From sequence record SRR31156797_7473: a DNA stretch of 41,937 bases. One strand, written 5' to 3'. The notes beneath the pieces are model-generated. The model saw only the letters and a program-made list of their open reading frames with translations. It was not told where the DNA came from and did not search any database. Positions 1-8,106 of this stretch are shown in pieces; positions within the stretch are counted from its first letter, which is position 1; each line of letters opens with the position of its first letter. Position numbers and translations under genes: made by a program.

Positions 1-1320
1 ACTGATGAAGCCTGAGCCGTACCAGATGGGCGCGGGACCGGTTGCGTAAGGGGTTATGATACCCATGAGGCCAAGTGACGCGGCCAACATGAGAGCGAGC
101 TTTGCCAGCATGGGGGCAGGCATGAGCGGTGCGGCTGTCGCCATGAATAAGGGGAGCAGTGCTGTTGTGTGGGCTGTCGTGCTGGCAAAGAAATAGTGAA
201 GAACGAAGAAGAGCACCACGAGCATTAATACCACTGTTGAAGGTGACATGCCCTGAAGGTAGGCCGCGACCAGATTGCCGAGCCAATCCAGAATGCCTGT
301 TTTGCTTAGACCCGATGCCATGGCAACCAGTGTGGCGAACCAGACCAAGACGTTCCACGCGCTTTTATTGGTAATAACATCTTCCCATGAGAGGATACCG
401 GTCAGGACCATGAGCGTCAGGACAAATATGGCAGCCATGGTTGAATCCACGCCTATTTGTTTGCCGAATATCCAGAGAATCAGAGCCAGGATCGCGTATC
501 CGAGCATCATTAATTCTTTGAGGGAAATTTTGCCCATTTTTCGGAGTTCTGAAGTGGCCCATGCCGGGGCTTCAGGGGACTGTTTCTGGGTTGGTGGATA
601 AATTACATAGGCAAGCCATGGAGTCAGCAGGAAGAGCGGAATCATAGCTGGGAGCATGACTGATGCCCAATGCCCCCAACTGATCGTTACGCCAGATGTT
701 TGTTGGATCAGGTCGAGGGCCAACAGGTTTGGAGCCAGAGCCGTCAGGAACATGGAACTGGTCACACAGGTCGCGGCAATGCCGACCCATTTGAGATATG
801 CTCCGATTTTTCGTGGGTCGTGGTCTGGAGTAGAGTTGAACATAGGAGGGATATTGCTGACCACCGGGTAGATGGTGCCTGCGCTTCGGGCCGTGTTGGA
901 AGGCATGAAGGGGGACAGGATGCCGTCGGCAAAGGCGATGGCGTACCCCAGTCCCAAGGTGTTACGTCCAAGAAATTTGATGAGTATCAGACTGATTCGT
1001 TTGCCAAGACCGGTTTTCTGATAGCCAAGGGCGAACATGAACGCTGCGAAAATAAGCCAAATGACGCTGTTGGAAAAGCCGGACAAAGCCCATGTACGGC
1101 TGGCCGCTGGGCTAGGGTCTACCAGACCGAGCATAGCCGCTATTGTCACACCGGCCAGTCCGACCAAAGCGGCAGGGACTGGCTCAACAATGAGCCCGAC
1201 AACGACACCGGCAAAGACGGAGAAGAAATACCATGCTTCAGGGGTAAGCCCCTCGGGAGCAGGGAATAGAGTCATGATAATGGTCACGATGACGGGGGAG
1301 AATTGTACGAGTCGATACAT
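1..1320 (-). CDS. DASS family (CitT/TtdT-like) anion transporter, 3' end runs off the window
   Basis: Absent from the ORF track because it has no stop in the window. Manual translation from ATG at 1320 (AAAGGGA upstream) gives MYRLVQFSPVIVTIIMTLFPAPEGL..., with PFMPSNTARSAG, AWNVLVWFATLVAMA, LHYFFASTTAH and IITPYATGPAPIWYGSGFIS at the edge. These are typical DASS motifs in a very hydrophobic protein. Confidence 0.92.
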   Translation of the reverse strand, partial: MYRLVQFSPVIVTIIMTLFPAPEGLTPEAWYFFSVFAGVVVGLIVEPVPAALVGLAGVTIAAMLGLVDPSPAASRTWALSGFSNSVIWLIFAAFMFALGYQKTGLGKRISLILIKFLGRNTLGLGYAIAFADGILSPFMPSNTARSAGTIYPVVSNIPPMFNSTPDHDPRKIGAYLKWVGIAATCVTSSMFLTALAPNLLALDLIQQTSGVTISWGHWASVMLPAMIPLFLLTPWLAYVIYPPTQKQSPEAPAWATSELRKMGKISLKELMMLGYAILALILWIFGKQIGVDSTMAAIFVLTLMVLTGILSWEDVITNKSAWNVLVWFATLVAMASGLSKTGILDWLGNLVAAYLQGMSPSTVVLMLVVLFFVLHYFFASTTAHTTALLPLFMATAAPLMPAPMLAKLALMLAASLGLMGIITPYATGPAPIWYGSGFIS

Positions 1321-1427
1321 GTGAGTCCCTTTGGTGGAGTCGTAAACAGCGATCAAATTTATTGGATATTGCATGGTGTATACACACAATTGGAATATTT
1401 GGTCAATTCACAGCGCTTTTGAAAGGG

Positions 1428-1484
1428 AAAAATAAGAAAAGGCCTGGTCGTCAGAGGTCCCAGGTCAATTTTAAGGCCGACCTC
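1428..1484 (-). terminator. possible attenuator/terminator upstream of the DASS gene
   Basis: The minus strand reads GAGGTCGGCCTTAAAATTGACCTGGGACCTCTGACGACCAGGCCTTTTCTTATTTTT. Mutually exclusive pairings (GAGGTC/GACCTC versus CCTGG/CCAGG or GGCCT/AGGCC) precede a U-rich tract. The stems are short. Confidence 0.35.
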
Positions 1485-1516
1485 AATGTCGGATATGGAG
1501 AATATTCAGGATTGGA

Positions 1517-1627
1517 TTACGAAAAAAAAGAAAAACGGATGCCGTTGTTTTCTCTGTAGTCGATGCATCCGGTCCACGCACTGAGCGGGGAAAAGAGTGT
1601 GAGGAAAGAAAAGCGATGTATGGTCAT
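1517..1627 (-). CDS. candidate 36-aa Phe/Ser-rich leader peptide (MTIHRFSFLTLFSPLSAWTGCIDYRENNGIRFSFFS)
   Basis: ATG at 1627 to TAA at 1517-1519. It has 6 Phe and ends FSFFS. Alternative hairpins and a U-run follow, upstream of the DASS gene. No clear RBS. Confidence 0.35.
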   Translation of the reverse strand: MTIHRFSFLTLFSPLSAWTGCIDYRENNGIRFSFFS

Positions 1628-1652
1628 TTTATTACTTTGTGTTGAAGTTTTT

Positions 1653-1689
1653 TGTAGGTGTGGATAGCGCATTGCTGTCCACACCTACA
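1653..1689. repeat. 37-bp palindrome, GTAG-REP-like
   Basis: TGTAGGTGTGGATAGC-GCATT-GCTGTCCACACCTACA is a 16-bp stem with one mismatch. It has no 3' U-tract on either strand. Confidence 0.55.
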
Positions 1690-1701
1690 CAGTAATCTTT
1701 C

Positions 1702-2130
1702 TTATTCAGAGAGCAATGCCTGTGGCAGAGATTTTACAAAAGTTTCGATATCATCACGCACGCGACGGTATATTTTCAGAATTTCTTCCTCGTCGGAGAG
1801 TTCTTTTACCAGACTCGGCGGGTCGTCGAATCCTACATGTATGACTTTGGATTTGGCTGGGAAGTAGGGACAATTTTCGTGGGCATGTCCGCAAACGGTG
1901 ACGACGTAATCAAACTCAATGTCTTTGGGCAGATCTGCAATGAGTTTGGAAGTGTTGCCAGAGATATCGATATCGACCTCATCCATAACCTTGATCGCGT
2001 AGGGATTCATACCGTGGGTTTCGACACCGGCTGAATAGGCGTTTAACTGGTCACTTTTGAGGTGACGCGTCCACCCTTCGGCCATTTGGCTGCGGCAGGA
2101 GTTGCCAGTGCAAAGAAAGAGAATATTCAT
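1702..2130 (-). CDS. arsC: arsenate reductase, thioredoxin-coupled LMW-PTP family
   Basis: P-loop CTGNSCRSQMAEG, resolving cysteines in VTVCGHAHENCP, and FDDP plus YRRVRDDI. Confidence 0.9.
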   Translation of the reverse strand: MNILFLCTGNSCRSQMAEGWTRHLKSDQLNAYSAGVETHGMNPYAIKVMDEVDIDISGNTSKLIADLPKDIEFDYVVTVCGHAHENCPYFPAKSKVIHVGFDDPPSLVKELSDEEEILKIYRRVRDDIETFVKSLPQALLSE

Positions 2131-2181
2131 AAAGTGTTCCTGTATGTCTTTAGGCGTAAGCTTTGATTCTTTACCCTTGAA

Positions 2182-2211
2182 AGACTAGAACCTCTCTTTT
2201 AGATGCGTCAA
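2182..2211 (-). promoter_or_regulatory. putative sigma70 promoter of arsC
   Basis: TTGACG-N18-TAGTCT on the minus strand, about 50 nt upstream of the ATG. Confidence 0.45.
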
Positions 2212-2253
2212 TGAGCATTGTGTGTTTTTTTTGTGTTTTTATGCGATTTTGCA

Positions 2254-2310
2254 TTGATAAAATCTATCGGTAAAATTGATATGTATGATATTATCAATTG
2301 GTTCTCGATA
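2254..2310. promoter_or_regulatory. cluster of LysR-type boxes upstream of yedE
   Basis: TATC-N9-GATA (2265-2281, ATC-N9-GAT pattern), a perfect AATTGATA-N10-TATCAATT (2274-2299), and further GATA/TATC half-sites at 2256 and 2307. Confidence 0.5.
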
Positions 2311-2394
2311 AATAATTTCGATACTTTTTAGCGGGTTTATTTGATTGGTCTGTCGCGGGGGCGCGGTAGTTAACTTTGAGATTTGGAGGATGAT

Positions 2395-3477
2395 GTGAAG
2401 AATTTCTTTTCATCGCGGATGGGCATCATCTGCGTCGGGCTGGTCATCGGCCTGTTTGCTTCCCTGCTGCAATATTGGGGTAATCCCGGCAATATGGGTA
2501 TTTGTGTGGCCTGTTTTGAGCGAGATATTGCCGGGGCTATTGGCATGCATCGGGCCGGCGTGGTTCAGTATGTCCGGCCAGAGATTATCGGCTTCGTACT
2601 GGGTGCCATGATTGCGGCTTTTGCGGCTAAAGATTTTCGGCCTCGTGCCGGATCGGCTCCTGTAGTCCGTTTTGTTTTGGGTGCATTCGCCATGATAGGC
2701 GCGTTGGTCTTTTTGGGATGTCCTTGGCGTGCCGTACTTCGTTTGGCCGGTGGTGATCTGAATGCTGTTATCGGTCTGCTTGGTTTGGTTGTCGGTATCG
2801 GCATCGGTACTTTGTTTTTCAAGCAAGGATATTCGCTTGGACGCAGCCACAAGACATATACTTCGGTGGGATTGCTTATGCCATTGCTTATGGCAGGGCT
2901 TCTTGTGTTGGTTTTCCTGTATCCGCAGATGGCAGGCGAAGCCAAATCCGGTGTGTTGTTTTATAGTTTGAAAGGCCCAGGTGCCATGCATGCACCGTTG
3001 CTGGTCTCACTCGGCATTGGTCTTTTGGTCGGTGTGTTGGCCCAGCGGAGCCGGTTCTGCACCATGGGCGCAGTTCGCGACTTGCTTTTGTTTAAGCAAG
3101 TGCATCTGTTGTCCGGGTTTGTTGCCCTGTTGGTTGCCGCTTTTGTCATGAATCTTATCCTTGGTCAGTTCAATATGGGCTTTGAGGGACAGCCTGTGGC
3201 ACATACCCAGTCTTTGTGGAACTTCATGGGCATGGTCTTGGCCGGTTTGTGTTTTGCTTTGGCAGGTGGTTGTCCTGGTCGCCAGTTGTTCATGGCAGGT
3301 GAAGGCGATGGAGATGCTTCCGTGTTCGTGTTCGGTATGATCGTTGGGGCTGCATTTGCTCACAACTTTGGCTTGGCAAGTTCTCCAAAGGGTGTCGGAC
3401 CACATGGCATTGCCGCTGTGTTTATTGGTTTGGCGGTATGTTTGTTCATTGGTTTTACCATGCGCAAAAAGGCGTAA
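2395..3477 (+). CDS. yedE: YedE family putative selenium/sulfur transporter (YeeE/YedE)
   Basis: GNPGNMGICVACFERDIAGA, LGCPWR, QRSRFCTMG and GGCPGRQ motifs in a multi-TM protein. The GTG start at 2395 follows GGAGGA (the ORF track uses TTG 2383). Confidence 0.9.
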   Translation: MKNFFSSRMGIICVGLVIGLFASLLQYWGNPGNMGICVACFERDIAGAIGMHRAGVVQYVRPEIIGFVLGAMIAAFAAKDFRPRAGSAPVVRFVLGAFAMIGALVFLGCPWRAVLRLAGGDLNAVIGLLGLVVGIGIGTLFFKQGYSLGRSHKTYTSVGLLMPLLMAGLLVLVFLYPQMAGEAKSGVLFYSLKGPGAMHAPLLVSLGIGLLVGVLAQRSRFCTMGAVRDLLLFKQVHLLSGFVALLVAAFVMNLILGQFNMGFEGQPVAHTQSLWNFMGMVLAGLCFALAGGCPGRQLFMAGEGDGDASVFVFGMIVGAAFAHNFGLASSPKGVGPHGIAAVFIGLAVCLFIGFTMRKKA

Positions 3478-3487
3478 GGAGTTCGTC

Positions 3488-3706
3488 ATGAGTGAAGTAG
3501 TTGATGCACGAGGTCTGTCTTGCCCTCAACCTGTATTGGTTATGTTGAAAAAGACAGAGGCAATGGGGACTGGCAAAGTCGATATTTTGGTTGATACCGA
3601 AACTTCCATGGAAAATGTGTCCCGCGCTGCCGGGTCCAAAGGATGGAGTGTTAACGTGGTTTCCGAGTCTGACGAAGAATACCGCATTGAATTAGCCAAG
3701 GGGTAA
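3488..3706 (+). CDS. yedF: TusA/SirA/YedF-family sulfur (selenium) carrier
   Basis: VDARGLSCPQP motif, 72 aa, AAGGAG RBS before ATG 3488. Confidence 0.88.
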   Translation: MSEVVDARGLSCPQPVLVMLKKTEAMGTGKVDILVDTETSMENVSRAAGSKGWSVNVVSESDEEYRIELAKG

Positions 3707-3709
3707 CCT

Positions 3710-4261
3710 TTGAGTTTCCTTGAAACGATTCGACGAAAGCTATTTGGCAATAAGGGCGAGCAGCGCGCAGATCGTGGGCTGCTCGTCTTTGAGAATACCA
3801 GTGAAGTCATTCGTGCCGAGCGAATACTTCGGGCAGATGGGTGGGATATCAAAGTGATGGGGCCGCCCCCGGAGATTCAAACTGGGTGTGATCTGGTGAT
3901 TGAGTTTCCTCTTATCGAAGAATTGAATATCCGGCGCAGTCTGGAAGAAAACGCGTCTTCGCCACTGGATGTGGTGCCTGTAGTCGGGCCGTTGCTTGAT
4001 CCTGTTAATTTGTATCAGGTCAAGGATTTTGGTGATTATCTGATGGTTCGCGCTGCCAATATGAAATTGACAGTCGATAAAAAAACATTGGTCATCGTCA
4101 ATATTTCGGGTGGCGGATGTCCAGATGTGCCCTATCTGGCTGTGCAGATGATAGGAAAAACATTGGATGATGCGCCTATGCCACGAGAGATCGGTCACAC
4201 CTTGTGCGGATATGCGCTTGATCTTGCGTATCAGGAAGTGAGGCGCATATGCTCGCAATAG
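3710..4261 (+). CDS. DUF3343-domain protein with Cys-containing C-terminal extension
   Basis: LLVFENTSEVIRAERIL...MGPPPEIQTGCDLVI matches the DUF3343 pattern. The extra domain contains SGGGCPDVP and HTLCGY. Confidence 0.75.
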   Translation: MSFLETIRRKLFGNKGEQRADRGLLVFENTSEVIRAERILRADGWDIKVMGPPPEIQTGCDLVIEFPLIEELNIRRSLEENASSPLDVVPVVGPLLDPVNLYQVKDFGDYLMVRAANMKLTVDKKTLVIVNISGGGCPDVPYLAVQMIGKTLDDAPMPREIGHTLCGYALDLAYQEVRRICSQ

Positions 4262-5118
4262 TAGGAACCGTTCCAGATTTGGACGTTCCAGTTCTGGATG
4301 CACCGGTGGCGATTAAAGGCAATGAACTGTTGGTGAACGGCAGGACTATTTCTCCTGATCGAGGAACTCCGGCTCTTTTGGCCGCAGCAGTTGAGACGGC
4401 TTTGTTCTTGAACGAACCTATGCCTCACGCCTTTTTGGTCGGAGATCAAGGTAGGGGAGACGGGAGTCGTGAGTTGTATGCTCATTTGGCGACTGTTTTG
4501 CCGAGTCGTGACTATTCGACTATGGTTTTTCATTACCTTCAGCCGGACGTGGATTGGCACAACAAGGTGCTTTTGGCAATTCAGGAAATGGAGAATCCAC
4601 CCAAGCTCATTGCAGATGCCGGGTTTATGTATGCGGCCAAGATGAGCGGACAGGCTCAGGCCTATGATGTGTTCACGCCAGATGCTGGTGAGTTGGCTTT
4701 TTTGGCTGACGAAACTGCACCCCATCCTTTTTATACCCGTGGGTTTATCTTGCATGATGAAAATCATACCCCGGATTTGATAGCCCGTGCTTATGCGCAT
4801 GAGAACGCTGCCCAGACCCTCTTGGTTAAGGGGAGTGTTGATTACGTAGCTGATAATGGGGGAATCATCCATTCAGTATCGGAGCCTGTTGCTGAGTCGA
4901 TGGAAGCCATGGGCGGCACGGGTGATACTGTGACCGGGATGGTTTCGGCGCTTATTGAATCAGGTGTGCCGATTGCTGAAGCGGCTTTATACAGTATCAG
5001 GGCAAATCGGCTGGCTGGATTGATGACAAATCCCAATCCGGCAACGCGGGTTGGCGAGCTTCTTCCTTTTATGGCAGAAGCCTTGAGTTTGGCGGGAGTG
5101 ACGCAGTCGAGAGGGTGA
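4249..5118 (+). CDS. ribokinase-fold, YjeF-C/NAD(P)HX-dehydratase-like kinase
   Basis: IADAG, FTPDAGE, LLVKG and MGGTGD motifs. It overlaps the upstream gene by 13 nt. Confidence 0.75.
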   Translation: MLAIVGTVPDLDVPVLDAPVAIKGNELLVNGRTISPDRGTPALLAAAVETALFLNEPMPHAFLVGDQGRGDGSRELYAHLATVLPSRDYSTMVFHYLQPDVDWHNKVLLAIQEMENPPKLIADAGFMYAAKMSGQAQAYDVFTPDAGELAFLADETAPHPFYTRGFILHDENHTPDLIARAYAHENAAQTLLVKGSVDYVADNGGIIHSVSEPVAESMEAMGGTGDTVTGMVSALIESGVPIAEAALYSIRANRLAGLMTNPNPATRVGELLPFMAEALSLAGVTQSRG

Positions 5119-5151
5119 TATATTTCACTACCGATTGAATGTATTTAATGA

Positions 5152-5185
5152 GAAAGGCCGGTATCAGGGGCGATACCGGCCTTTC
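5152..5185. terminator. intrinsic terminator between convergent genes
   Basis: GAAAGGCCGGTATC-AGGGGC-GATACCGGCCTTTC, a perfect 14-bp stem. Confidence 0.85.
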
Positions 5186-5214
5186 CGTATTTGGGGGTGA
5201 GAGGTGGTACTTGA

Positions 5215-7302
5215 CTATTTTGAAACGGACACGAAGTGTTCCTGCATGGCGACGGCTCCGCCACCCTTGTCCCACTTCTTAATGCCCTTGGAGAGGAGCA
5301 GGTTGTCAGCAGCTCCCATACCCTTGGCGCGGGATTCACACGGCAGCTTGTGGTCGAAGCCGTGGATCATGAAGATACACTCAGGGTGAACAAAGTCTGT
5401 AACAAATGCTCTGATCTTGGATGAATAATCAACGTTTGAAACAGTGACATAGTCATCGTTTTCGATACCCAGTTCTTCGGCACGCTTGGTGTTAATCCAG
5501 AGAACGTTCTCAGGCATGCGTTCGAAGAGCAGTGCGTTGTTCACGGTGTGTCCCTGAGTGTGCAGGGCGCAACGACCAAAGGTGATGCGGAATTTGCCTT
5601 CCGGCGCACGCTCGGGGGATTCATAAGGTTTCAGGGACGGCAGACCGTCAGCTTCCAGCTTGGCGTCAATCATCTGAACCTTGCCGGATGGTGTCTTGAA
5701 AGACCCTTCCTTAACAGGTTTGAACAGAGGATCAGATGCCAGGGAAACAATGCCGGTGGCGTCGAAATCGGACAGGGATACGCCGGTTCCGTCCAACTGG
5801 AAGTTCCAGATGTCTTCAATGTTCTCGTAGACCAGTTCTTCCAGACCGAAACGTTTAGCCAGACCGGAGTATATTTCCCAGATGGCTTTGGTGTCGTAGA
5901 CTGGCTGGACAGCGCGTTTGCGGATCTGGAAAGCGGGCTTGGGACCGTTCTTGGTCATGATGGTGTCATCACGTTCCAGATAAGGCGAGATGGGCAGCAC
6001 TACGTCGGCATTCCATGCTGTGTCGGACCAGGAGAAGGTCGGGACGACCAGCAGTTCGATGTTGTCCCACAAGGTTTTGACGTGCGGGGCATCGGGGTAA
6101 GCCATGAGCGGATCATGCCTGTGACAGATATATGCCTTAACAGGATACGGCTCTTCCTCAACAGCGGCTTCATACGCGAGATGAACCAGACCGGGGCCAG
6201 CATCAAAGTGCTTGCGGCCTTCCATCCAACCAACACCGTCGGCACGTTTGCCTTCCGGCTTGGGATAGAGATTCATGAAGCTGTTCAGCCCCTTGGCTCC
6301 AACATCACCCGGCTTGTTCATGAACGGCAGGCCGCCCTTGGCACCGATAGCACCCATGAGGGAGTTGATGATGTATATTGTGCGGGACATATAGAAAGAG
6401 TCATTGTAACGGGCAGTCATCCAGCCGGGATGCCAGAGGATGGACGGCGCAGCTTCAGCCAACTGGTGACAGAAGTCACGGATGGCGTCGGCTTTGATGC
6501 CGGTTTCTTCTTCGGCCCATTCGGGGGTGTACTGTTGGACAAATTCCTTGAGCAGGTCAAAGTCTTCAACCCAATTGGCAACGAAGTCTTTGTCATACAA
6601 TTCCTCATTAATAATGACATTGATAACGGCGAGGTTGAAGCCGTAGTCAGTGCCGGGGCGGATCATGAAGAAGTTGTCGGACTTGGTAGCCGGGACGTTG
6701 GCACGAATGTCAATGACGGAGAGCTTACAGCCGTCGGCCATTGAATTGAGCAGGTTGTTGACCTCAGCCACGTTTACGGCTTCGAAAATGTTGCGTTGCT
6801 GCAGAATGACGTGCTTGGCATTTTTCAGGTCGTAGGAAACGCCTTTGCGACCGAAACCAAAGACGGACAGGGCTGCGTTCTGGACGTTTCGAGCGCATGC
6901 AGAGTCATGGTTATTGTAGTTGGCTGTGCCGATGCCACGCAGGAATGCGCGGTAGAAATCACGGAACGGTCCACCGCGATCGGAAAACAGAACGGAATCC
7001 TTACCGTATGTTTCCTGAATGCGTTTCAATTCGTCGGCAACATAGTCCAGGGCTTCGTCCCAAGACACTTGCTTCCATTTACCCTCACCCCGTTTGCCCG
7101 TACGAACCATGGGATATTGGGGACGTTCTTCATCATAGGTCAGGGCCGTTCCGGCAGCTCCACGAGGACACAGAGATCCCATGATGCCCGGTGCATCGGG
7201 ATTTCCCTGAATATACTCAGCTTTACCGTCGACCACTTCGACTTCAATAGGGCAGCGCACAGAGCACATGCCACAGATACTTTTCACATATTCCTTACTC
7301 AT
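5215..7302 (-). CDS. molybdopterin (Mo/W-bisPGD) oxidoreductase catalytic subunit, PhsA/PsrA thiosulfate/polysulfide-reductase-like, no Tat signal
   Basis: N-terminal CGMCSVRC...LCPRG FS0 motif, HDSAC metal-ligand Cys region, SDTAWNADVVLP, YLER, FKTPSGK and a C-terminal molydop-binding domain. GGAGGAG RBS. Confidence 0.88.
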   Translation of the reverse strand: MSKEYVKSICGMCSVRCPIEVEVVDGKAEYIQGNPDAPGIMGSLCPRGAAGTALTYDEERPQYPMVRTGKRGEGKWKQVSWDEALDYVADELKRIQETYGKDSVLFSDRGGPFRDFYRAFLRGIGTANYNNHDSACARNVQNAALSVFGFGRKGVSYDLKNAKHVILQQRNIFEAVNVAEVNNLLNSMADGCKLSVIDIRANVPATKSDNFFMIRPGTDYGFNLAVINVIINEELYDKDFVANWVEDFDLLKEFVQQYTPEWAEEETGIKADAIRDFCHQLAEAAPSILWHPGWMTARYNDSFYMSRTIYIINSLMGAIGAKGGLPFMNKPGDVGAKGLNSFMNLYPKPEGKRADGVGWMEGRKHFDAGPGLVHLAYEAAVEEEPYPVKAYICHRHDPLMAYPDAPHVKTLWDNIELLVVPTFSWSDTAWNADVVLPISPYLERDDTIMTKNGPKPAFQIRKRAVQPVYDTKAIWEIYSGLAKRFGLEELVYENIEDIWNFQLDGTGVSLSDFDATGIVSLASDPLFKPVKEGSFKTPSGKVQMIDAKLEADGLPSLKPYESPERAPEGKFRITFGRCALHTQGHTVNNALLFERMPENVLWINTKRAEELGIENDDYVTVSNVDYSSKIRAFVTDFVHPECIFMIHGFDHKLPCESRAKGMGAADNLLLSKGIKKWDKGGGAVAMQEHFVSVSK

Positions 7303-7400
7303 AATACTCCTCCTGATACAAACCGGATGGAACTTTGCGCTTTTTTATGTAGAATGGAACCTATCTTTGCCGGGGACGAATATGCAATAGATTACCATCG

Positions 7401-7416
7401 TGTGAAAAGTATCACA
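7401..7416. promoter_or_regulatory. TGTGA-N6-TCACA site (Rex or CRP/FNR-HcpR type)
   Basis: Perfect TGTGA-AAAGTA-TCACA in the divergent intergenic region. Confidence 0.6.
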
Positions 7417-7464
7417 ATATTTTTCTTCCTTTTTTAGTTTGAAATGCGTTATAATGTGCTTTGA

Positions 7465-7482
7465 TTGAGAAATGTGTCACAA
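7465..7482. promoter_or_regulatory. second Rex/CRP-FNR-type site
   Basis: TTGAGA-AATGTG-TCACAA, one mismatch to TTGTGA-N6-TCACAA. Confidence 0.5.
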
Positions 7483-7574
7483 GCGGGGAGAGCGTTGACC
7501 ATAAGCGCTTTTTTCTCCAAACCATAGGTTCTTAAAGGAACTGCGCGTCCAACTGAAGTTTTTCGAGGTGTAAA

Positions 7575-8024
7575 ATGGCCAGTTATAGAATTAAGTTTGA
7601 CAAAAAACGGTGTATTGCCTGCGACGCATGCTTGGTTCACTGCAAAGTGAAGAACAAGGTGCCCGTAGGGATTTCCCTTAACCGTCTTACCGTGGAAGGT
7701 CCCATTGCTGACAAAGATGGGAAGCCTACCGCTAAAATTAAGTATCAGAACTGTATGCATTGCAAGAATCCTGAATGTGTTGCCGCATGTCCCACCGGGG
7801 CCATGTACAAACGCGACGAGGATGGCCTTGTGTTAGTTGATCTGAACAAATGTGATGGCTGCAAAGCATGTGTTGAAGCATGTCCTTGGTCCGTCCCCGT
7901 GTTTAACGAGGAAAGCGGCAAGATCATGAAGTGTGACTATTGCGTGGATAGGGTGGATGCCGGTGGCACACCTGCCTGCGTGACCGGATGTACAGCTCAG
8001 GCTCTGACCTTCATCCGGAAATAG
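7575..8024 (+). CDS. four-cluster 4Fe-4S electron-transfer subunit (PhsB/PsrB/DmsB family)
   Basis: CIACDACLVHC, CMHCKNPECVAACP, CDGCKACVEACP and KCDYC...PACVTGC. Confidence 0.92.
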   Translation: MASYRIKFDKKRCIACDACLVHCKVKNKVPVGISLNRLTVEGPIADKDGKPTAKIKYQNCMHCKNPECVAACPTGAMYKRDEDGLVLVDLNKCDGCKACVEACPWSVPVFNEESGKIMKCDYCVDRVDAGGTPACVTGCTAQALTFIRK

Positions 8025-8106
8025 ATTGGTGTATTCTTTCCGGCGGGGTTGCCGGAGAGCGATATTTTGGGGTCTTTTAAACTTTATTCAAGAGGAGGAG
8101 GTAACA

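Noticed and set aside
159-1324. Plus-strand ORFs 159-374, 275-601, 670-1269, 1037-1324 and short minus ORFs
   Set aside because: They are shadows of the real minus-strand DASS gene at 1-1320.
7355-7398. Sigma54-like TGG…TTGC elements near the reductase
   Set aside because: The GG-GC spacing is 11 or 9 nt rather than the required 10.
5548-7437. Long plus-strand ORFs of 398 aa and 213 aa
   Set aside because: They are antisense to the Mo-oxidoreductase, have no motifs, and are explained by its codon bias.
2395-8024. Possible selenocysteine (UGA) recoding in the selenium-associated or Mo-enzyme genes
   Set aside because: All motif positions (YedE, YedF CPQP, DUF3343 TGC, HDSAC) are Cys codons in uninterrupted frames. 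The TGA at 5116 is followed by a terminator.
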